IMG/VR virus record: IMGVR_UViG_3300027901_000780
Length of the DNA: 64,000 nucleotides
Source of the DNA: an uncultured virus (IMG/VR IMGVR_UViG_3300027901_000780)
Taxonomy: Duplodnaviria; Heunggongvirae; Uroviricota; Caudoviricetes
Strand: one strand, 5' to 3'
Numbering within the stretch: the stretch's first letter is position 1; every line of letters begins with the position of its first letter. Made by a program: the position numbers and the translations under genes. Positions 41,125 to 51,916 of the stretch are shown piece by piece. The notes under the pieces are model-generated. The model made no database searches. It saw only the letters and a list, made by a program, of their open reading frames with translations, and had not been told where the DNA came from.

Positions 41125-41775
41125 TTGAGTATAAAACATTATAACAGTCCTAAGATAAGAGGAATATATGAACTAAGAAAGATGGGATTACCAATATTAG
41201 ATATTAAAGTATTAAATTTATTTAAATATGATAATAATAAGTTATGGAATGAAATAAAAAAATGGGCGATTATGAATAATCCATTTGCATTTAGGACTGG
41301 TATTATGAAGAGTAATATGAGGGAGATAGGTACTCCATATCTAATAAATATTAATATTAATAAAGATTTTAATTTAAATGACTTAAAAGATATAAGAAAA
41401 AATTTGATTAATTGGATACATAAGAATGTTATAAATAAAGATTATTATTTAATATTATCACAATATGTAAATAAACCAATATGTAATGGTATTGCTATTG
41501 TAAATAATGGTAATATCAATATTGAATTTATACCAAGAGATTTACCAGATTTAGCAAGAGGAAAATATACTCCAACATTTAAAGATAAATTATATTATAA
41601 TAAAGATAATGGAATATTATATCCATGTTTAATTATTTCAGGAAAGGAAAATGCCAATTTAATAAGTCTATTAATTAAGGCAAAAAATGGAATATATGAA
41701 TTTGGGATTGGAGATGTAAATGGATTATATGGGGTATATTTTTACGAATATAAGAGGAGGATGAGTAATGAATAG
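41125..41775 (+). CDS. Hypothetical protein, possibly ATP-grasp-like
   Basis: KIRGIYELRKMGLP..AFRTG; weak resemblance only. Confidence 0.6.
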   Translation: MSIKHYNSPKIRGIYELRKMGLPILDIKVLNLFKYDNNKLWNEIKKWAIMNNPFAFRTGIMKSNMREIGTPYLINININKDFNLNDLKDIRKNLINWIHKNVINKDYYLILSQYVNKPICNGIAIVNNGNINIEFIPRDLPDLARGKYTPTFKDKLYYNKDNGILYPCLIISGKENANLISLLIKAKNGIYEFGIGDVNGLYGVYFYEYKRRMSNE

Positions 41776-42175
41776 TGATAAGTTTATACTTATTATATAT
41801 TTAATAAAAGATAAAAAATATAAGAAATTATTTAATAAGATTAAAGTTATTTGTAAAGAAAGGAAGAAGGAAGATAAAACATTTAATTATAAAGTAATAA
41901 AGAGTAAGGGTTTCTTTGTTATAAAAGTATTTGGAAATATAAGTAGGGAACAGGTTTATAATAGGGGAAAATATATTAGGAGTAAATTAAGTAGAGGGGC
42001 AAATAGAAGGGTATTTTTAGGTATTATTAAAAGGGTTGATAAAGTAAGAATTAAGATAAAAAGATCAATGGGTTATCCAGATTTTGAGGAAAGTGAAGAT
42101 TTAATGATGGATTTAGTAAGATTATTTGATGATGATAAATTATTAGAAGAAATAATAACTGATAAAGAATATTAG
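41768..42175 (+). CDS. Hypothetical protein, paralog of 51917-52264
   Basis: IKVICKERKKEDKTFNYK..VIKVFGN..RGK. Confidence 0.8.
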   Translation: MNSDKFILIIYLIKDKKYKKLFNKIKVICKERKKEDKTFNYKVIKSKGFFVIKVFGNISREQVYNRGKYIRSKLSRGANRRVFLGIIKRVDKVRIKIKRSMGYPDFEESEDLMMDLVRLFDDDKLLEEIITDKEY

Positions 42176-42182
42176 TGATATT

Positions 42183-42518
42183 ATGGAAATGTTAAAAAGT
42201 ATAAAATATAAATTAAAGACACATGAATCTAATAAAATTGATTGGTATTTAGAGATAAATTTACCAGTAACATATAATAGTAATGAAAAGGAAAAATTGT
42301 TATATGATAGGAATTTTCATTTTCAGCAATGTATGGTTATAAAAAATAAATATAATAGAATAATAGAAAAACAAAATAAAGGACATTTAATTATAAGGGT
42401 TGAATTTTTGGATGAAATAATAGAACAATTACAAAAAATAAGTATGGTTGTAAAAGATGCAATAAAAAATAATAAGATAATAGAACCAATTATTAAATGT
42501 ATAAAAAATAATATTTAA
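42183..42518 (+). CDS. Hypothetical protein
   Basis: ORF in operon. Confidence 0.75.
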   Translation: MEMLKSIKYKLKTHESNKIDWYLEINLPVTYNSNEKEKLLYDRNFHFQQCMVIKNKYNRIIEKQNKGHLIIRVEFLDEIIEQLQKISMVVKDAIKNNKIIEPIIKCIKNNI

Positions 42519-42538
42519 TATTAGTAGGATGAGTATAT

Positions 42539-43420
42539 ATGTTTCATTTTAAAAAAGATAAAAAAACAAATATATTAAATATAGGTAGAAGAATAGAAGG
42601 TATGTATTTACCAAACATAGATGAAAATAGTAGTATAAAAGAAAAGATAATAACAATGTTTAAAATATGTACTATAATTTCATATGAATTAACAGAAGAA
42701 GATTTGAATTTTTGTAATGATGAGATTGATGTTTCATTTGATGATGATGCCAAAAAGATTTGGCTTTATACATATAAAGAACCATTAAAGGCTTTATTAA
42801 TAGGTAAAGATGGAATAAATACAAGAAATTTACATAATGTATTAATGTTAATATCTTTATTAACTGGTGATAAGGATTTAGAGAAATATGAGAGGTATGA
42901 TGTGAAAGTTGAATTACATCCAAGTATTAAAGGTAAAATTGAAAAAATAAGTGATGATACAAAAAGAAAAAAAGAAAAAATAATTATGGGAAAAAGAAAA
43001 AATTTAAATATTAATGGTAATGAAACAGATAAGAGGGAAAATAATATGACAAAAAGTAAAAGAAGTAAAAGAACTATAAACTTAAATGAGAATGAATTAG
43101 TTATAAAAATAAAAGAAATAACTTTAAGTATGTTTGATTCAAAAATAAATAAAAAGGATAAGGTTGAAAAATTAAAAAAATTAGATGAAGAGTTATTATA
43201 TAAACTTAGAGAAATAGGAGATAAAACTATATATTCATTATTGAGAAATAATGTGTCATATATTATTGATACTGTTACATTACGTTCAGCAGAGAAATAT
43301 AAGATAGATAGTATAATAAAAATTGATAAATTTTTTAAAGAGATACATAGATTATGTTCTCAAAAATCAATAAAAGAGAAAGATGTAGTAGGAACAATTG
43401 CTTTTTTTAAGAAGCAATAA
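42539..43420 (+). CDS. KH-domain RNA-binding protein
   Basis: ALLIGKDGINTRNL GxxG loop. Confidence 0.7.
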   Translation: MFHFKKDKKTNILNIGRRIEGMYLPNIDENSSIKEKIITMFKICTIISYELTEEDLNFCNDEIDVSFDDDAKKIWLYTYKEPLKALLIGKDGINTRNLHNVLMLISLLTGDKDLEKYERYDVKVELHPSIKGKIEKISDDTKRKKEKIIMGKRKNLNINGNETDKRENNMTKSKRSKRTINLNENELVIKIKEITLSMFDSKINKKDKVEKLKKLDEELLYKLREIGDKTIYSLLRNNVSYIIDTVTLRSAEKYKIDSIIKIDKFFKEIHRLCSQKSIKEKDVVGTIAFFKKQ

Positions 43421-43444
43421 AATATTATGAATAGAAAAAATAAG

Positions 43445-43771
43445 AAATAGAAATTTATAAAAAATAAGAAGGTGTATTAAATGGTAGATTTTACAGAATT
43501 AGAAGAAAAAATGAAAGAAGTAAAAACAAAGTTAGATGATTTAAATGATGACTTGATGACAGCAAAAGAGGTATGTGAAGGACTTAGTAAGTCAAAGGAT
43601 GCAGATATAGATTTAGAATCAGATGACGAAGAAATTGCATTACCATCTTTGTTATTAAGTGAGATTGAAGAATCAATGAATAAGGCAAATGAAACCTTAG
43701 ATGCAATTCTTTCATCATTTAAATAAAATAAAAATAAAATAAAGTATAAACAAATAGAAATTTATAAAAAA
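43445..43771 (+). repeat. 20-bp direct repeat, promoter-like, two copies
   Basis: AAATAGAAATTTATAAAAAA at 43445-43464 and 43752-43771, upstream of consecutive genes. Confidence 0.7.
43481..43726 (+). CDS. Small acidic helical-hairpin protein
   Basis: AGGTG RBS; strongly acidic. Confidence 0.85.
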   Translation: MVDFTELEEKMKEVKTKLDDLNDDLMTAKEVCEGLSKSKDADIDLESDDEEIALPSLLLSEIEESMNKANETLDAILSSFK

Positions 43772-43872
43772 CAAATAAATAAAATAAATAATAATAAAAA
43801 ACAAATAGTATAAATAGTAAATTAAATTAGTAATAAAAATATATTAAATAAAAAATAATAAACAAATAATAG

Positions 43873-44709
43873 GTGAAAAAAATGAGTGAAGAAATTAAAG
43901 AAACAGTTGAAGATTTTGACCATCCGTTTAAGGATGAACAATATAATATGTGGCTACAAAATTTAGCAAAAAATTTAGGTAAAACAACAAAACAATTATT
44001 CAATGAACTAAAGGATGATGAATCAACTATTGGAATACCAATAGTTAATCAGTTATATGCAAAGGCAAGAGAACAAGGATTAATTGGTGGAATAAGAAAG
44101 GTTATAATCATGACAGATGAAGGACCGATAGAGGTTGGGGTAGAACTACTTGATACAGCAATAATTAAATGTGGAACAACTGTAAGGGTGAAAAATGCTA
44201 TTGGTGTTGTATATGGTATTTCAGCACCAAGAACTAAACAAACATATAAAGGTCTTGAATTGGCAAAGATAACTGCAACTGATGAAGAAACCAAAATATT
44301 ACCACCAATAAGGGGTTTAAAACCAGAAAAGATGACATTGGTAAAAGATAAATGTACGAAGGCAGGAAAGAAAGGTTATGAAGAAATAGTATCAGGAACA
44401 ATTACAAGTGTTGAACAACCATCAGAAAAATTCAGTAGTTATAGAATGAGAGTAAGTGATGTAACTTTTAAAGGTGCATTTGGAGTAATATTAGACAATG
44501 ATGCAATAGAGAGATTTGGTCTTGATGAAATTCTTGAAAAACCAGAAACAGATGAAAATGGAGAGAAAGAGTATGACTTAAAACCATTAGAAAATAGGAT
44601 GGCAAAGGTATATGGTTGGTGGAATGTTCAAAAAGGAAAGACTGGTGGTAGAGAGTTTGTTAATGGGTATCCTTATTATGTTTGGTGTGAAGGGATGCCA
44701 AAAGACTAA
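43873..44709 (+). CDS. Putative OB-fold single-stranded DNA-binding protein
   Basis: IVSGTITSV..RMRVSD..AKVYGWW strand pattern; heads the replication cluster. Confidence 0.5.
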   Translation: MKKMSEEIKETVEDFDHPFKDEQYNMWLQNLAKNLGKTTKQLFNELKDDESTIGIPIVNQLYAKAREQGLIGGIRKVIIMTDEGPIEVGVELLDTAIIKCGTTVRVKNAIGVVYGISAPRTKQTYKGLELAKITATDEETKILPPIRGLKPEKMTLVKDKCTKAGKKGYEEIVSGTITSVEQPSEKFSSYRMRVSDVTFKGAFGVILDNDAIERFGLDEILEKPETDENGEKEYDLKPLENRMAKVYGWWNVQKGKTGGREFVNGYPYYVWCEGMPKD

Positions 44710-44758
44710 ATAAATGAATAAATAATAACAATAGTAAATTTTTAATAGTATAAATATC

Positions 44759-44807
44759 AATAGTATAATATTAATTAATATAATATATTATACTATTACT
44801 TTTTTTC
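44759..44807 (+). terminator. Inverted repeat plus T tract
   Basis: AATAGTATAATAT...ATATTATACTATT followed by ACTTTTTTTC. Confidence 0.55.
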
Positions 44808-44837
44808 TAATTAATCTAATTATAATTGGTGTATTAA

Positions 44838-45422
44838 ATGAGTATTAATTTTGAAGAATTAAATAATAGATTAGAAGAATCAAAGAGATTGGTTAGTGAT
44901 AATGATTATTTATTCATTACAAAGTATATTTATAGTACAACATGGAAGGGAAAAATATTTGATTTATTTGAATTTTATGCTTATGTTTGTTTTGAATTAT
45001 ATTTAATGAAACCAAGTACTTTTGATATATATTTTGATCGTTGTATTGAATTAAATATAATAAAAGTAGAAAATAGGAAGGTATATTTATTAATAAATAT
45101 AAATAATATATATGAGGAATTATTAAATATAGAAAATCCTATAAAGAAAAATATAAAAAAATATATTAATAAATTATTAATAGATACTGATTTTGAATAT
45201 GAAAAAGTTGATAAAAATGGAATAGTAATATGTTATAAACCAAAAACATATAATATTAGGATTAATTTATCAGAAAGTTATAAAAATAAATATGGATTAA
45301 TAAGTTGTGATTGTATGGGTTGGAAATACCATAGAAATTGTAGGCATTGTAGTTCGTTAAATGAAATAATAAAGGATAGTATTAATGATATAAAAAATAT
45401 TTGGAAAGAATATTTAAATTAA
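44838..45422 (+). CDS. SWIM zinc-finger protein
   Basis: SCDCMGWKYHRNCRH. Confidence 0.8.
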   Translation: MSINFEELNNRLEESKRLVSDNDYLFITKYIYSTTWKGKIFDLFEFYAYVCFELYLMKPSTFDIYFDRCIELNIIKVENRKVYLLININNIYEELLNIENPIKKNIKKYINKLLIDTDFEYEKVDKNGIVICYKPKTYNIRINLSESYKNKYGLISCDCMGWKYHRNCRHCSSLNEIIKDSINDIKNIWKEYLN

Positions 45423-45440
45423 AATAAAGGGAGTGATATA

Positions 45441-46289
45441 TTGACACCTTTTACAACAAAGGAAGGAATTTTAAAAGATGAAAGATTTAAACAGATATAT
45501 GGTGTTGAAGTTGAGGTTCTTAATGAAGAAGTAAATAATTATGGTAGTGGAAATGAAGAATTGGATAAGGTGATTGGAGAAATAATAAGAGGAATAAATA
45601 CATTTATTGGTGGATTTGCAACTGGAAAATCAACATTATGTAAAATGTATGTAATGAGGGCAATAAATATTGGTGATCATGTAATATATATAGATACAGA
45701 GAATAAAGTAACAAAACATAGATTTAAACAAATGATAGAATATTATAATATTGATGAGGATAAATTTAGTGAAAAATTTCATTTAATAAGAGTAAGAAGG
45801 TTGGATGAATTAATAGAGAAGATTGAAGAAATATTTACAAAAGAAGAATGGAAAGAAAAAAGGACTAATTGTTTATTAATAATAGATGGATTTAGCACAC
45901 CATATATGGAAGAATTTAGAACAGTAAGTGATAAATTTGAATTAGCAAGTACAAAAAATTCATTTTTCTTTTATTTAGAAACATATTTAACAATGAATAA
46001 TACAGTATGTGTTGTAACAATAAAATTAAAATCAGAATTAACAATAATAGATGAATTGAAAAAGAGAGATGAAATAAAAGGAAATAAAGAAATATTACAA
46101 GATTTGATGTTATTTAAGCATGGACAAGATATGGGTTATGATTCTGGTATGATGTTAATGTTTCGTAAGTTAAAGAAAAAGAGATTTTTTACAATAGAAA
46201 AACATCCATATAAAAAGGAGTATTGTGATTCAGAAGAAAAACATTACTTTAAAATTAATGATGGTGGATTAGAATTAAAAGATGTATAA
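45441..46289 (+). CDS. RecA-superfamily ATPase (RadA/RadB-like)
   Basis: SGNEELDKVIG, Walker A GGFATGKS, VIYIDTE, Walker B LLIIDG. Confidence 0.85.
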   Translation: MTPFTTKEGILKDERFKQIYGVEVEVLNEEVNNYGSGNEELDKVIGEIIRGINTFIGGFATGKSTLCKMYVMRAINIGDHVIYIDTENKVTKHRFKQMIEYYNIDEDKFSEKFHLIRVRRLDELIEKIEEIFTKEEWKEKRTNCLLIIDGFSTPYMEEFRTVSDKFELASTKNSFFFYLETYLTMNNTVCVVTIKLKSELTIIDELKKRDEIKGNKEILQDLMLFKHGQDMGYDSGMMLMFRKLKKKRFFTIEKHPYKKEYCDSEEKHYFKINDGGLELKDV

Positions 46290-46359
46290 ATGATTTACTT
46301 TATAAGGAGGGGTTTAATTAAATTATTATATTTATAAAAAAATTATTATTTAGATGTGA

Positions 46360-47757
46360 ATGATAGTGCCATTTCAGGGTAAAGATGAAATATATTATTC
46401 ATCAAAAGATAGAACTGATAAGGTAAAATCAGGCATTATCATGACAGATGAAATATCTGATGAAGAGATGGCAAGGGGAAAAAGAAAGTTAGATGATATG
46501 TTATTTGGAAAAAGAAAACAAGAAAAGAGTAAAATAATAATAAGTGATTTAGGTTTATTACCAGAATGGGTAAAAGAATCGTGTCCTATTACATGGAAAA
46601 TATATAATTTATTTGAAAAATATTTACCATTTTCAGGACATTTGGCAATATTAATAGCAACAGTATGGGAGAGTATGTTTTTAAAGGGTGAAGAAGGAAA
46701 AGATATAAGACCAATAAGTTTAATAATAGTTGGTGAAGGTGCTGGTGGTAAAACATATTGTACAGAACAATTTAAGAGATTACCAAATTTAGTAGATATA
46801 GAATATCCAACATATAGTACATTCTTAAAACAGTATGGAGATACACAATTAAGTAGTCAAAAAAGTAGGTCATTAAATAATAAGTTTTTATATTTAACAG
46901 AGATGGCTATGATAGCAAGAACAAGTGAGCAAACAAGAAAGAATTTATTTTCATGTTGGAATAGTATTATGACAGAAGGAAAGTATCAAGGTGCATTAAA
47001 GGGAACTACATATTATATAGGTGAAAGATTAAAACCAATAAGATTTGGTTTAATGGGTGTAATGGTAATGGAGGATTTTTATGAGAGAGTATTTCCTATA
47101 ACTGACTTTGCAACAAGAATATTAATAGCATTTCATTTATTTCAAATTGAAGAAGCATTGGTTATAGATGAAGGAATATTATATGAGGCATTTGGGGATG
47201 TTGATGTATCGGATACTGTATATAATTTAGTACCAAAACATACAGAAAGATTAACTATTGATTATGATCCACATTCATTAGATATGTCTGGTGTAAAGAG
47301 AATAGTTGGTATAATATCAAAAACAAGAAAAGAAGCATATGGGTTTCGTGGTACTCAAGATGTAAAAAAGTTATTAAAGGCACATGCTATATTAAATAAA
47401 AGAAAAAAGGTAATTAATGATGATATAAAAATGCTTAGAGCATTAAGTACATTATTTAAGAATCCATGTAGTAATACATGTAATTTTCAAATAATATTGA
47501 GATCACAGGAAACTGATGATATTGCAAGTGTATTGGATAGTATGAAAAATTATAGGGTATTTAAGATACATAATGAACATATAATGTATAATGAGAATAC
47601 TATAAATAGGTGTATGCAAAGTTTATTAATGTCTAATTATTTTGGTGTTGATAAAGCAAAGATGGTAACAAAAAAAGTAAAAGATAAAAAAGAAGCAGAA
47701 GGAAAGAGAAATGTAATATTAAATTTTTTTAAAGATGAAAATATTGGTGATATTTAA
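46360..47757 (+). CDS. MCM-like AAA+ ATPase/helicase
   Basis: LIIVGEGAGGKT, LYLTEM, FATRIL, GFRGTQDVKKLLKAHAILNKRKKVINDDI (MCM-like lid); likely start GTG 46366 (MPF). Confidence 0.7.
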   Translation: MIVPFQGKDEIYYSSKDRTDKVKSGIIMTDEISDEEMARGKRKLDDMLFGKRKQEKSKIIISDLGLLPEWVKESCPITWKIYNLFEKYLPFSGHLAILIATVWESMFLKGEEGKDIRPISLIIVGEGAGGKTYCTEQFKRLPNLVDIEYPTYSTFLKQYGDTQLSSQKSRSLNNKFLYLTEMAMIARTSEQTRKNLFSCWNSIMTEGKYQGALKGTTYYIGERLKPIRFGLMGVMVMEDFYERVFPITDFATRILIAFHLFQIEEALVIDEGILYEAFGDVDVSDTVYNLVPKHTERLTIDYDPHSLDMSGVKRIVGIISKTRKEAYGFRGTQDVKKLLKAHAILNKRKKVINDDIKMLRALSTLFKNPCSNTCNFQIILRSQETDDIASVLDSMKNYRVFKIHNEHIMYNENTINRCMQSLLMSNYFGVDKAKMVTKKVKDKKEAEGKRNVILNFFKDENIGDI

Positions 47758-48069
47758 ATGGTAAAGAGAAAAACTTCAAGTGATAATGAATTAATGGAAG
47801 TAATATATAATGAGTTAAAATATGGTGAATTTAAGAATCGTTATACTACTGTAAATGAGATAAGAGATTTTCTTAAGAGAAATGATTATAGTTATAATCA
47901 TGATTTAATTTTAAAACTAATATTAGTATTAATGTTTAAGGGGATTGTTGAGATAAAAAGGCAAATTATGTGGGAAAATGCTTATATATATACATATATA
48001 AAATATATAAAAGGAAAAAATTTAATATTAAAGGATATAACAACAAATAAAATAAGGGTAGTGATGTGA
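47758..48069 (+). CDS. Winged-helix protein
   Basis: TVNEIRDFL..LILVLMFKGIVE. Confidence 0.65.
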   Translation: MVKRKTSSDNELMEVIYNELKYGEFKNRYTTVNEIRDFLKRNDYSYNHDLILKLILVLMFKGIVEIKRQIMWENAYIYTYIKYIKGKNLILKDITTNKIRVVM

Positions 48070-48075
48070 TATATT

Positions 48076-49290
48076 ATGATAGATTATCCAATAAAAACAA
48101 AATATATAAATATAAAGCCAATATGTAATAATTGTGCTGTAAATCAATTTGAAATACCAACAGAATTAATAGATGTTGTTGGTGCAAATATATGTAGTAA
48201 ATGTGATGATAAACCATGTACATTAGTACATATAACAGAAGTGGCATATTCATATTTTTTAACACCTTATGGATGGTTTCTTCAGAGAATAAAAGGAATA
48301 AAGGGTTTATCATCAATAATAACAACATCTGGTAGTTTATATCATGCAATGGATGATTTTATTTCAGTTGAATTTCCAGATAGATTTAATAAACTAAAGA
48401 AGATAGATAATAAGGTTATGTTATTTTATAAAATATTAAATTTATTGGTAAAACAATTAGAATTTGAAGTAATAAAAGTATTAAAGGTTGGTTACGAGAG
48501 ATTTGGATTTACACCATATGATATAATACCATTTATGATAGAGATGTCATTTCCAATGGTTTCAAAATTAGCACATAGAGAAACAAATAGAATATATAAT
48601 GCAGTAAAATATAAATTAAAATTTAATCCATATAAAAAGATAGGAAAATTTGTTAGAGAAAGAGTTATATTCTTTTATGAGGAAGTGACTATTATTGATG
48701 AAGAAAATGAATTAGAATATACATATAGAATATTAAATAAAGGTAGTATAGATGAAGTAAAAGATTTTAATAAATATTCGATAGGGTTTGATGATAAATC
48801 AGCAAATATGCCTGAAAGAGAATATGATAGTTATTCAATACAATTTGGGGGTTATAATAGGGGGCATAAGTTTGTTTATAATAAACCATTAATATCTTGT
48901 AATATGAGATACCCTATGTTTGAATTGGTTGTACCAATAGAACCAGATGAAAATAGGTATATGGAATTATTAAAAGAGATGTGTAAGGTAGATTATTATT
49001 ATACAAAATCACCAACAAAAAGGATATTGGTTGATAAAACACAATGTAATTATGCTTTATGTAAGGAACAATTTTGTAGTTTATATTTTCCATGTAGATC
49101 AAAGATATTTGAGATAAATGAAGTAATAAAAAGAATAGTTGAAAGTGCTAATAAAGAAATAGATAAATGGAGGGTTGGTTCAACTGTGATATTTAATAAT
49201 TTTTCAAGTAATATATTAAATAAACATAATATAAAACAAGAAGAAAAGAAATTATATAATATAGAAGAAATAGAAGAAGAAGGAGAGTGA
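48076..49290 (+). CDS. Cas4/AddB-like PD-(D/E)xK nuclease
   Basis: GSLYH, KGSIDEV, DDKS, QFGGY, C-terminal Cys cluster. Confidence 0.7.
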   Translation: MIDYPIKTKYINIKPICNNCAVNQFEIPTELIDVVGANICSKCDDKPCTLVHITEVAYSYFLTPYGWFLQRIKGIKGLSSIITTSGSLYHAMDDFISVEFPDRFNKLKKIDNKVMLFYKILNLLVKQLEFEVIKVLKVGYERFGFTPYDIIPFMIEMSFPMVSKLAHRETNRIYNAVKYKLKFNPYKKIGKFVRERVIFFYEEVTIIDEENELEYTYRILNKGSIDEVKDFNKYSIGFDDKSANMPEREYDSYSIQFGGYNRGHKFVYNKPLISCNMRYPMFELVVPIEPDENRYMELLKEMCKVDYYYTKSPTKRILVDKTQCNYALCKEQFCSLYFPCRSKIFEINEVIKRIVESANKEIDKWRVGSTVIFNNFSSNILNKHNIKQEEKKLYNIEEIEEEGE

Positions 49291-49294
49291 TTTT

Positions 49295-51220
49295 ATTCCA
49301 TTTACAACAGAAACAGATGAAGAAATAAAAGAAAGAACAACAAAAACTATAATAAAACCAGAAATAATAAAGGAAAAGGAGAAAAAGAGTGAATATTTTT
49401 CAATGAAGAATTTAAATGATGAAAGGTTAATGGAATTAATAGAAAGAAATACAATTTATGTTGGTTCAAAATATACAACTATTGATTTATTATATAGTGA
49501 TATAGTTGATGATAGTGGTTATATATTAGAAAAAAATGATATTTGTAAAATAAGGTTAATGTTAGAACAATTAAGTATAAAGAATATAATAATTATTGGA
49601 GAAGATTCAAAAGGGAGTGAAACATTTAGATTAATAGAACCAATTGATTTGAAGTTACCAAAGCCAGTACTTTATAATATATTAAGTGTTTCAATACCAT
49701 TTGATTTAAAGACAGATAAATTAAAAGAATTAGAGAAAGAATATTGGGGTGAAGTTAGACAAGATGCAAGATATATAGATGTAAAGAGTAATTTTGATGA
49801 TTCAATAAAAATGTTAATAGATGGTAGAAAAGGTTTTAAAGAATTATTTGTTAAAGGAAAGAAAAAAGAAGAAGAAATATTAGGAAAGGAGAAGCAATTG
49901 TCGGCAGTTGAAAAAATGTTGGAGGATGGTGATGGTATAATAGAAAGTACAATAAAAAGGAGTATGAGTAAGGAAGGAGATGATATAATAGTTGGTAGTG
50001 ATTCTAATATAGAGTTTATAGATGATATGGATGATAAAATAAGGAAAGAACAAGATGATAGTAATAAGTCAATAAATGTTATTGTAGAAAAGAAATGGTT
50101 TAGTAAAATTATATCTTTTATTAATTCGATAACTGGAGAGGCAATAATGTGTTTTAAAAAGGATATGTTATTATTTTCATTTTGGGGGGATTTGGGTGAA
50201 TATATAAGAGTAGAAATTCCAAATGAGGCATTTGTAGTTTATAAAATTGAAACTGGAGATAATGATTATATATTGATAAATCCAGACATAAGTATGTTTG
50301 CTATGAAGATAGATAGAATGGATGAATTTATTGTAATTAGTAATGATTTTAATATTAATCAATTAATACTTGCATCAAAGAGATCAGATAAAAAGATATT
50401 AAAAAAATCAAAGGTAAAGCAAATTGATTTTGATATGTTTGATGAGGCTATGTTAAATAAAATATTTGATAAAAGAAGTCCAACAATAACATTAAGATTT
50501 GGATTTAATATTAATATAAGTGAATTTAAGGATATAGTAAGTTTATTTGGTAAAACAAAGAAGGATGATTTTATATATTCATATATATTTTTAGTAAATA
50601 AAGTGGGAGAAGATAAAAAGGTAAGATATTTAATATTTTCTAATAGGAGTGGTGATGAATATATTATTTATTCAAAAGAATTAAATGAGTTTTATTATAA
50701 AAAATATGTATATAGGACAGAAGAAGATTATGAGAATAATAATTTAACATTTGTAAAGAAGATAAATTTAAAAGAAAAGACTTTAGATAGTGTAGATTTG
50801 TTAAGTGAAGAGGATGAAGGTAGTGATAAGGATATAAATATTGATTTTGTTGATAATATAATAGATGAAGCAAAAGAGGAAATTGTTGATGTAGATTCAT
50901 ATACTGAAGTATTTGAAACAATTGATAATTATAGAACAAAAAATATATTATTAATTAATGGTACAGTAGGTGGAATTTATGGATATAATCATATAGAAAA
51001 CATAAGTAATTTATTTGGAATAGATGATAAAATGACAGTTGAATTTGATTCTTGGAGTTTAACTAAGCCACAACCATTAATAATAAAAATAAATAAGATG
51101 GTACAAAATAGTAAAGGAGAATATATTGATAAAGCCATAAAATTGTTGTATGCTATACCACCAATTGATAATAAAGATGATCCAGTATTATTTGAATTAA
51201 GGGAGAGAAATTTAAGATGA
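49295..51220 (+). CDS. Divergent PCNA sliding clamp with long N-terminal extension
   Basis: FSKIISFINSITGEAIMCFKKD..VEIPNEAFVVYKIE matches the PCNA N-terminal pattern; frame open upstream to ATT at 49295. Confidence 0.65.
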   Translation: MPFTTETDEEIKERTTKTIIKPEIIKEKEKKSEYFSMKNLNDERLMELIERNTIYVGSKYTTIDLLYSDIVDDSGYILEKNDICKIRLMLEQLSIKNIIIIGEDSKGSETFRLIEPIDLKLPKPVLYNILSVSIPFDLKTDKLKELEKEYWGEVRQDARYIDVKSNFDDSIKMLIDGRKGFKELFVKGKKKEEEILGKEKQLSAVEKMLEDGDGIIESTIKRSMSKEGDDIIVGSDSNIEFIDDMDDKIRKEQDDSNKSINVIVEKKWFSKIISFINSITGEAIMCFKKDMLLFSFWGDLGEYIRVEIPNEAFVVYKIETGDNDYILINPDISMFAMKIDRMDEFIVISNDFNINQLILASKRSDKKILKKSKVKQIDFDMFDEAMLNKIFDKRSPTITLRFGFNINISEFKDIVSLFGKTKKDDFIYSYIFLVNKVGEDKKVRYLIFSNRSGDEYIIYSKELNEFYYKKYVYRTEEDYENNNLTFVKKINLKEKTLDSVDLLSEEDEGSDKDINIDFVDNIIDEAKEEIVDVDSYTEVFETIDNYRTKNILLINGTVGGIYGYNHIENISNLFGIDDKMTVEFDSWSLTKPQPLIIKINKMVQNSKGEYIDKAIKLLYAIPPIDNKDDPVLFELRERNLR

Positions 51221-51714
51221 GTTATTATAAAGGAATAAGGAGAAGAGGAACGAAAACAGAAAGAGATTTGGTTGAATTATTATTTAGAATAAATATAGTT
51301 GCAGTAAGGATGCCTGTTAGTGGTGGTGGTGCATTAAGAATATATAATAATGATGGACAATATAAAGATAGTATGAATAGAAATTATGATAATGAACCAG
51401 TATTTCCAGATGTAATAGCAGTTGATGAATTTAGAAAACAATTACTTGCTTTTCAAGTAAAAGATACAAAGACAAAGAATAAATATATTAATAAGGAAGA
51501 TTTATATGGATTAAGAAATTTTAAAATATTGTTTGATAATATTATAGAGGATATTAGGTTATTTATTGTTGTAAAGTTTGAAGGTAATAATTGGTGTATA
51601 AAAGAGGTATTTGATGATACAATAACATGTAGGGTAGATTTAAAAGATTCACAAATAAGAAAAATATTTGAATGGAAATTAAAGGATATATTATTTAAAA
51701 AGGAGGAAAAATAG
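51217..51714 (+). CDS. hjc: Archaeal Holliday junction resolvase
   Basis: RRGTKTERDLVELL, AVRMPVSG, PDVIA, AFQVK. Confidence 0.85.
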   Translation: MSYYKGIRRRGTKTERDLVELLFRINIVAVRMPVSGGGALRIYNNDGQYKDSMNRNYDNEPVFPDVIAVDEFRKQLLAFQVKDTKTKNKYINKEDLYGLRNFKILFDNIIEDIRLFIVVKFEGNNWCIKEVFDDTITCRVDLKDSQIRKIFEWKLKDILFKKEEK

Positions 51715-51914
51715 TGAAATTAGATATAAAATTTAATGGAAAGAGTATTCCACTTGATATAAGTGATAAATGTATAAATGGAAAGTGTAAAAAGAAAGAT
51801 ATAGTATTAGTAAAAATATTTGAAGATAGGGTAAATAGTGAATTTTTAATAAACCTAAGTTGTAATAGTTGTGGTTTTGGGTGGGGAATAAAAATAATTA
51901 TGGGTGTGATATAG
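51714..51914 (+). CDS. Small Zn-ribbon protein
   Basis: CINGKC...CNSCG. Confidence 0.75.
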   Translation: MKLDIKFNGKSIPLDISDKCINGKCKKKDIVLVKIFEDRVNSEFLINLSCNSCGFGWGIKIIMGVI

Positions 51915-51916
51915 TT

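Noticed and set aside
48076..49290. CRISPR-Cas adaptation gene
   Set aside because: Solo Cas4-like nuclease in a replication cluster; no cas1/cas2 or array
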